Part shown: piece after piece, positions 57,221 to 64,000 of the stretch
How the letters are laid out: each line of letters starts with the position of its first letter
How positions within the stretch are numbered: position 1 is the stretch's first letter
Assembly: GCA_000002445.1 (NCBI GenBank)
Contig: CP000070.1
Location: 64,001-128,000, forward strand
Length of the DNA: 64,000 bases
Reading direction: 5' to 3'
Source of the DNA: Trypanosoma brucei
Lineage: Eukaryota
The notes under the pieces: generated by a model
Told to the model about the DNA's origin: nothing
Databases searched by the model: none
The model's input: only the letters and a program-made list of their open reading frames with translations
Made by a program: the position numbers and the translations under genes

Positions 57221-58627
57221 TCAGTACAGAAGAGAGGAGAGGCGCAACCGGGCCTCTTGACTTTTTGGATCATCGTGAAACAGTTGCAACACACCCAGTA
57301 GACATGTTTTAACCTGACGGACACGCTTGGCACTGAGGCATTCCTCTTTATTCGAACCCTGTGCCCGCCGTGCCTGTGGAATGTATAACTTCAGTAGGTT
57401 AAACATTTCCTCAACTTCTGAACTGGGATACCGCTCCGGTACTAAGCGGGCGTCTACCAATTCGTCAATCCAACGAAGAAGCTTTGCAACATGCGCCTCG
57501 CCACCGCTTTCACTTTCCAATTTCCGCTCCAAGTGCAGCTCAGCACGAAGAACCAACGCCTCACACAACGATATGAGCCGCTTAACAGTGTTGTCACCCA
57601 ATGCAGGTTCAAAGTCTCGCTGAATAGCCTTTACTGCGAAGAGGACATTTTCTGCCGATATGTTGCCAATCGTTGCGTGAACACGCGCCAAAAACAATGC
57701 CTCCAGCCCCGATAATACCGCAGTAGCGCTATATTGTGAAGATTTGTAATACCGCTCCATCATTTCAGCTTCTCCAAGTCGCCGCACATCCACGCCAAGT
57801 TCCCTGCGAAGCTCCTGCAGCTCATCGAAGGCCTTTTTCTTGGCTTGTTGAATGGTTTTGCGTAGACCGTCCAGTTTCTCGCTTTCCTCCGGAAGTCGAA
57901 TGCACTCGGTACCGAGAAGCGCCGCCATAATTTGGTTCTGAAGGTATTGAGTAGAAGCACCGTGAAGAAGGTCTGCGCCTGCCGCAGCCGGTAAAGGGTT
58001 TTGTTTGTTAGGGGAACCTCCCATCAAGTCAACGTTCAACTGCTGTTGATAATGGTCCAAAAACTTGCGCAAGATGCCTTCGAGTCGAGTCTCAGTCACC
58101 TGGCCAGTGACCTTGTCAATTATTGTGCCCTGCATAATGAAGTACGTAATGGGCAACTTGGCACGCTCAACAGAAAAAGCGGACGCGAGGTTCCGGTTCT
58201 CGTCGGCGTTAATTGTGCAAAGTTTCAACCATGCCCGCTGCATTGATGCTTCTGTACCCTCTCCATTCTTACCCCCACATGCCTGCTCGTTCAGTCGATC
58301 AACCAGACGCTCCGTGTGAGCCAAATAAGCGTTGCAGCCACTGCTATCTGGCCTGTAGTATACAAGGCAAATAGCCTGTTGGGACTGAATAACTTCCCTC
58401 TCAAAAGAAGAAGCGTCAGTTTTGTACGCAATGCTCCGGGACGAAACACAAATGGGATTTCTTCCCATAATCTGTGCGCAGCGACTGCCTGATATGGAGC
58501 ATCTGATAAACCTATACGAGTATGTGCCAGAACAATGCGAGCCGCAAGCGCCGCCGAGGGCAGAAAGCCTAAAACCTGCTACCAAGTGACGGCGTCGTGG
58601 AGCAGACAACATATAAGCTTCACCCAC
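57221..58627 (-). CDS. Hypothetical protein with a possible thioredoxin-like fold, probably organellar.
   Basis: 468-aa ORF. Arg/Ser-rich N-terminus. The segment FEREVIQSQQAICLVYYRPDSSGCNAY...LPITYFIMQGTIIDKVTG looks thioredoxin-like but lacks a CxxC. Confidence 0.4.
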   Translation of the reverse strand: MGEAYMLSAPRRRHLVAGFRLSALGGACGSHCSGTYSYRFIRCSISGSRCAQIMGRNPICVSSRSIAYKTDASSFEREVIQSQQAICLVYYRPDSSGCNAYLAHTERLVDRLNEQACGGKNGEGTEASMQRAWLKLCTINADENRNLASAFSVERAKLPITYFIMQGTIIDKVTGQVTETRLEGILRKFLDHYQQQLNVDLMGGSPNKQNPLPAAAGADLLHGASTQYLQNQIMAALLGTECIRLPEESEKLDGLRKTIQQAKKKAFDELQELRRELGVDVRRLGEAEMMERYYKSSQYSATAVLSGLEALFLARVHATIGNISAENVLFAVKAIQRDFEPALGDNTVKRLISLCEALVLRAELHLERKLESESGGEAHVAKLLRWIDELVDARLVPERYPSSEVEEMFNLLKLYIPQARRAQGSNKEECLSAKRVRQVKTCLLGVLQLFHDDPKSQEARLRLSSLLY

Positions 58628-59399
58628 TATAAGGCATTTAAGAAAAAATACATATGAATAACAATGTTCGAAAGTAAGCCAATTCGCCAGCTACGAGAGA
58701 GGGAGAACGCGTGTTGACTGGAAATGTCACAGGATCAATGAAAAATGAGGGGAAGGTACGAGTAATCACACTACAAACGAGTCAACATATACAAAAGTAG
58801 AAACCACCGACATCATTTCCCCCCCCCATCGTCCACCCTTTTCTTGTTGCCGCTCATCATATTCATGGTCAATGAGATACTGAACACAATCGTCAACACG
58901 ACGAAAGCGTAAAAGAAGCTAAAGATTGAGCGAACAAGTCACGACAAATGCGGTTGGGTACGCTATAACGGTCGCTGCTGTAAAGACAACTGCGGCAGTT
59001 GTTCGCTTTGGTGCGGGTAAATCAGGAGGGAACGAAACTAAGAGAACGCTGAGTAGAGTCGACACAAATGACGGCGGTTACTGCAACCGATCGGAGGAAT
59101 CCGGTGCGGGTTAATTCTGCTAAGCCGAAGTGACTTCGACTATCGCCCTGGTTGTTGAGGATGACAATTACTGGAAGCCTCCTCGAGTACTTAACGATTT
59201 TGCTCTTGTTACCCTCTCTCCTCGAGGGAATATGCAATCGGCTGTGCGTGCTTAAACAAGAGCGTACGTAAAGACGGATATGTGGATTTTCCCATGAGGA
59301 ACCGCCCCCAAACGGAACAGTACGTAATGTATTATTTCCTTTTCCCTCTTCTCCATCAAGAGATGGCAGCCATCGCACCGATTTCGCATCTCATGTGGT

Positions 59400-61001
59400 T
59401 TAGAGCCAGTCCTTTTCGGACTCACCCCGAACGCATTTGGCTATCGGAAACCGCGGCACATCCTGTGACGAAAGTTCCTGATACTGAACTGTTAAATACT
59501 TACCTAGTAGACGGTCTCTTTCGGCCCATAGTTCCAACCGCCGCTTTGTTGTAGTCTTTGGTGTTGCATTGAAGCGAATCCCAGTTGATGTTTCACACAC
59601 AAACGCGCCGAGACCACCCTCAAACTTGCCATTGCCCGGAAGAAAGTCGACAATGCGGTACTCCGCATCATGCATGTACTTATACTTAAGAAGACCGAGA
59701 CTTCGTTTGCCATGTTCGTAAGGAAACTTTGGTCTACGAATGATTACCCCTTCATAACCTTGCGAACACGCCTTCTCCAATACACTCTCCACCTCATCTG
59801 GACTCACAAGTGTGGCGGGGACGTGGTAGAGTTTTGGTATCTTTTTCCTGCTCGACAATTCCTCCTTTTCAAGCTGATGGTTTCGCCTTCCGTTTGGTTT
59901 CATCGTATCAAAAACACGATCTGCGCCACTGTGAGGTATGAGTTCCTTCAGTAAACGGTAGCGTTCGCTAAAAGGGGCGTCCGGCGATGAGAGCTGATCT
60001 GAAGCCATGATGTCAAATGCAAAATATTCTAGGAGTTTCGCCTGTTTCCTCCGCGTTGTTTGTGTCGTAAACTTTTCCAAACGGCGCACAAGCCCACTAA
60101 GCCTCTCGAAACCGCAGTGTGGAGCAAACAGCTCCCCATCTAACAACAAAGATGGATCTGCCTTGAACAGCGGCATAGCGTGTGGCACCAAACCATGGCA
60201 ACACTCAAGAAGAATCCCACTCCGCGAAAAAAACTGCAATTTCTTTTGGGATTTATTGTAACCAATTAAACAGCGAATTCCATCTATCTTTGGTGAAACC
60301 AGAAGTGATTCCTGCTCCTCCGTGTCAGCCGGATGAAGTAGTTCCTCAGCAACTAGCTCCCATCTTTGTGCAAGCATGGGAAGAATGTTACGTCCCTCCC
60401 ACTCGGGGTTGCTGTGCAGAACACTTTTATAATTTGTGTGAGTCATTCGTGGTGCTCTCAAACTGTTCACATCCTCCAGCTCCAGATCCTCCTCATTTGT
60501 AGCATCCGTTGGTGAAGTTGTTATCCCCACATCTGTGTTATCTCCCTCGCTCATCTTGCCATTAATTCTTTCCGGACCTTCATTTCTAGTTGAACTGATC
60601 CGCCGCTGCTCTTTTCCGCACAATGGACACGTCCCATGCTGGTCAATAAATCTCGCAATACTCATCTCAAACTCCTGAAGGCACTGGCTGCAACGCCACA
60701 CCGCCGACTTTACACATGTCGGGGCCACGTGATGTGGAGTTAACATGACGGTTCCCCACGATGGACCCACCCAACAGGCTGCAAGATGGGGAAAAGCACT
60801 TTCAATGGTGGTATTTTTCATTGCGTGATACCGCTCCACCTGCTCTGGTGTACGCGGCCTCCCAACACCAAAAAAAAGCGAAGGATCCTTCGGAAGAGTT
60901 GTGAGCTGCGGACGCCGCCATAAATTAGAAATCCGCCACATGTCTAAAGGCGATGAGGTGACAAAAAAGGGAGGAGGGATTTCGAAAAGGTGTTTAAACA
61001 C
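59400..61001 (-). CDS. ATP-dependent DNA ligase, small kinetoplast-type (LIG k-like), paralogue 1.
   Basis: 533-aa ORF. Nucleotidyltransferase motif I SPKIDGIRCL, motif III LLDGELFA, motif IV YEGVIIRRP and motif V LLKYK. Upstream Cys4 cluster CSQC...CPLC. Confidence 0.65.
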   Translation of the reverse strand: MFKHLFEIPPPFFVTSSPLDMWRISNLWRRPQLTTLPKDPSLFFGVGRPRTPEQVERYHAMKNTTIESAFPHLAACWVGPSWGTVMLTPHHVAPTCVKSAVWRCSQCLQEFEMSIARFIDQHGTCPLCGKEQRRISSTRNEGPERINGKMSEGDNTDVGITTSPTDATNEEDLELEDVNSLRAPRMTHTNYKSVLHSNPEWEGRNILPMLAQRWELVAEELLHPADTEEQESLLVSPKIDGIRCLIGYNKSQKKLQFFSRSGILLECCHGLVPHAMPLFKADPSLLLDGELFAPHCGFERLSGLVRRLEKFTTQTTRRKQAKLLEYFAFDIMASDQLSSPDAPFSERYRLLKELIPHSGADRVFDTMKPNGRRNHQLEKEELSSRKKIPKLYHVPATLVSPDEVESVLEKACSQGYEGVIIRRPKFPYEHGKRSLGLLKYKYMHDAEYRIVDFLPGNGKFEGGLGAFVCETSTGIRFNATPKTTTKRRLELWAERDRLLGKYLTVQYQELSSQDVPRFPIAKCVRGESEKDWL

Positions 61002-62092
61002 CCTTCACTCCCCCAACCACCACGCAATCCGTCACGTATATCTATAAACGCCCCCGTTGCTTTGCGGGGTTATGCGCTTCAGAAGAAAATAATTATTATT
61101 ATTGTTATAGAAATGAGAAGGGGAAAGGGGAAAGAAGAAAGAAGGAAAGCAAGAAATGATATATTTGAAATATACTCCGTGTTTACACCCGCATGCAACT
61201 AGTCATTTCAGTTGATTTCGTTGTTGTATTGACCTACGCACTTTGGCAGTAAAGCCCCCTCGGAAGAAAATTTCTTTTTCTCCGTTGGTAGGAAAAAAAA
61301 GATGAGCAGGAAGGTACAAATAATAAAAAGTGGTACAAATATAACATAACTTAATAATAATGATAAAAAAGAAAAAGAGAAACAGTTGCTTCGGACTGTT
61401 AGAAAAAGTAACGTGCCGAGCACTCAATAATTTCTCTACCACTTCCGCACACAGTCACACAACAAACATATATGAAAAACCTTAGTGAAACGAATTGCGG
61501 TGCACAACCACAATGTCTTCAAAAGTCAACACATATAGTTTGGTCCACCGTGTAAACTTCTCTTCCCAATAATCTCGGCTCTCAAAATACCAATTAATAA
61601 TTGCATACGCTAAATTTTTCCCTTTAGCTGTCATTCCCTCTGTTGTCGTCCCTTCTTCGTTTGTTTTTTAAATTATGCTGCACAACTCCTGCTGCCATTT
61701 GTGAAGAAAAGAAAAACATATGAAGAGTGTGGCCAAACAACTTTCACTCGTGAGACAAAAACATGTGGGAATGACTGCAGGGGAATGAGATCATAGAGAC
61801 AATCAGTGAGAAAGTGGTCACGGAATACGGCGCCGGATTTAATTTTTGTAGTAAAAGAAAAGAGGAAGAAAAACGAGATCATACAAGCTGGACGTCATAG
61901 TTACGCAGCTACGAATACAGACAGGTACGTGAACATCCACGCGTGTTCATGCAAGTGGGTTTTAGAAATGGTACAAAATTTAATCATCAAAATCATTTAG
62001 CCACCATCTGCAACATATCATTGAGTAGTCACGAATGCACGTGTACACCAAGAAACACCCATTAAGTGAATGTATGAAACAACATACTGCTG

Positions 62093-63541
62093 TTAAACCC
62101 AATCACTACCAGTCTTTGTGCCTCGTACGCACTTCCCAATAGGAAACCGTGGGACACCATTTGTTGAAAGCTCTTGATACTGCACAGTGAGCATTTTCCC
62201 CTTGTACACATTCAGTCGATGCCACATCTCACGTTTCCTCTCTTCTGTCGTCGCTGGCGCTACGGTGAAGCGGTGACCGGCACGTGTTTGACAGACGAAT
62301 GCACCCAAGCAACCGCGCCACTTTCCCTTCCCTTCCACGCCGTCAACAATAATATATTCGCTGTCTTGCATAAGTTTGTACTTCAGCAAGTTGGGCGAGC
62401 GGGCCCCATATGCGTAACCAGGCACTGCAGCTGAGGCGCCACCACTACTCGAAACAGAAGTCATGCATTTATTGTCCTCAATACCATTACGGCGAATCAT
62501 GATACCTTCATACCCTCGATCAACATTGAGTCTCAGCAGACGGTCTATATCCGATTTTTTTGCCGACATGACGGGAACTAATTTGACTACTTTTCTGCGG
62601 CCCTGTCCCTTTCCGGAGTTGATCTTTTGCATCAAGTCACAAAGATGTTTGTAGCGCTGTCCAAAGGGCACTACCGTCATGTGAGGAAATTCTTTTGCGT
62701 AAAGAAGATCGAATACATGATATTGCAACTGCTGCTGCACCTTCTCAATTCCCGCTGTGCGGTGTTGCCTCGTTGTTCGTATGGCTGATGTCAGCTGTTC
62801 AAAGTCACTTGCATCATGATTGTACAATTCACCATCTAACACTAACATATTGTCCTTTTCGAATAGAGGTCGCAGCTGCGGTTCAATGTGATCACAACAA
62901 TCAAATAACATCCCGGAACGGCTAAAGAAACTCAAGCACCTATCTCTCAAATTCCACGCAACGACACAGCGTACGCCGTCGAGTTTGGGGGAGACAAAAA
63001 GCTGTTCATCATTTGATATCCTTTTAACCTCTTTATCATAATTGCGCGCCAGCATTGGAAGAAGGTTTCGTGTTTCCGATACACGCAGGTATCCGTTATC
63101 GGCAATACTATTCTTTACCCTACTAGCATTCGGTGCATCGAGTATTGCGAGAGAATTATCGGGTCTACAACGATGTTTAACTGTTGCTGCTAATGTGTTG
63201 TCTGACGTTCTGGAACTACTGGCGCTTCTTTTTCTTGAACACGTCAATGTTGGCATGCGGGAACACTTCGGGCAGGCACCACCGGCAGCCACGTGGAGGT
63301 CAATACGTTTCGGGTGTTGATGCTCACAATAAGGACAGCGCCACCACGCTAGTTTACGGCTAGAAGGCAACACATGTTGGGGTTGCAGTAACTTATTGCA
63401 GGCAGCTGTGATCCACGTTTGCGCAATGGTGGGGTGAAACTGTGCCAAGTTTTTCGCCAATGATGCGCTGCGGGAGGAGCGGGAGAGGAAGGGCACCGTG
63501 GTGGCGAAGAGTGACGACAAACATGGGCGACTAAACCGCAT
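62093..63541 (-). CDS. ATP-dependent DNA ligase, small kinetoplast-type (LIG k-like), paralogue 2.
   Basis: 482-aa ORF. Motif I SPKLDGVRCV, motif III LDGELYN, motif IV YEGIMIRRN and motif V LLKYK. Upstream Cys4 cluster CPYC...CPKC. About 35-40% identical to its neighbour across the catalytic core. Confidence 0.65.
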   Translation of the reverse strand: MRFSRPCLSSLFATTVPFLSRSSRSASLAKNLAQFHPTIAQTWITAACNKLLQPQHVLPSSRKLAWWRCPYCEHQHPKRIDLHVAAGGACPKCSRMPTLTCSRKRSASSSRTSDNTLAATVKHRCRPDNSLAILDAPNASRVKNSIADNGYLRVSETRNLLPMLARNYDKEVKRISNDEQLFVSPKLDGVRCVVAWNLRDRCLSFFSRSGMLFDCCDHIEPQLRPLFEKDNMLVLDGELYNHDASDFEQLTSAIRTTRQHRTAGIEKVQQQLQYHVFDLLYAKEFPHMTVVPFGQRYKHLCDLMQKINSGKGQGRRKVVKLVPVMSAKKSDIDRLLRLNVDRGYEGIMIRRNGIEDNKCMTSVSSSGGASAAVPGYAYGARSPNLLKYKLMQDSEYIIVDGVEGKGKWRGCLGAFVCQTRAGHRFTVAPATTEERKREMWHRLNVYKGKMLTVQYQELSTNGVPRFPIGKCVRGTKTGSDWV

Positions 63542-64000
63542 TATTCACTATCCATATATTAATGTATAAATGTACGCGCTTGTACAGTGCCTCTGTCTTT
63601 GAAGCTATGAGATGTGCTGTCGCTTAGTCCCCCTGCGTTGCTGTTATAACAGCTATTCGATTCAATTGTCTTTCTTTACTTTCCGGTCCTTAGATGTATA
63701 CGGCGCTCGTCGATATATCCAGCAGATTCCGCTCAGTTGGATAAGTAAGTGGTCTTATAAGACCCTGGTAGAAGCCTACCTTTCCCTGGAAATGAGAATA
63801 TCCACATTATTGAACCCCAACACGGGAGTTGGTTATGCAAGCCGAGAGAAAAGGATGGCGAAGAGGAAAGCAAAAATAAATAAATAAGGTGCCTTGGTGC
63901 AGTGCGGCTCGGTAAGTTGCGCCTCGATAGTCGCTCATACTACATTTTGATTCAAACAGAAAGGAAGGGAAGGCGTTAGACGACATTGGTATAAATAATC

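Overview
This is a eukaryotic, kinetoplastid-type window (Trypanosoma-like). Every convincing gene lies on the minus strand without introns, so the window reads as one uninterrupted polycistronic unit. I saw no bacterial-style operons, CRISPR arrays, rRNA or tRNA genes. Positions ~845-15660 are a head-to-tail tandem array of five copies of an alanine/glutamate-rich surface-protein gene. Each copy has a signal peptide and a C-terminal GPI-anchor-like tail, which makes it BARP/GARP-like (tentative, recalled only). The genes come in two N-terminal subtypes and carry 3, 2, 0, 0 or 1 copies of an in-frame 78-bp repeat. Each array unit also drags along a 5'-truncated, internally deleted 3' fragment of the neighbouring COG7-like gene. 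The intact COG7-like gene (15933-18287) follows the last unit, so the array grew by segmental duplication across a gene boundary and left pseudogene relics. The rest of the window holds ordinary housekeeping genes. These include protein farnesyltransferase beta, a FYVE/MORN giant protein, a cytochrome b5-domain protein, a J-domain protein, a WWE/WD40 protein, prefoldin subunit 3, an LSG1-type circularly permuted GTPase and two adjacent ATP-dependent DNA ligase paralogues (kinetoplast ligase k-alpha/k-beta-like). There is also a 1571-aa protein with about nineteen perfect 78-bp (26-aa) Ser/Thr/Pro-rich tandem repeats. All product names come from motifs read by eye, and no database search was possible.
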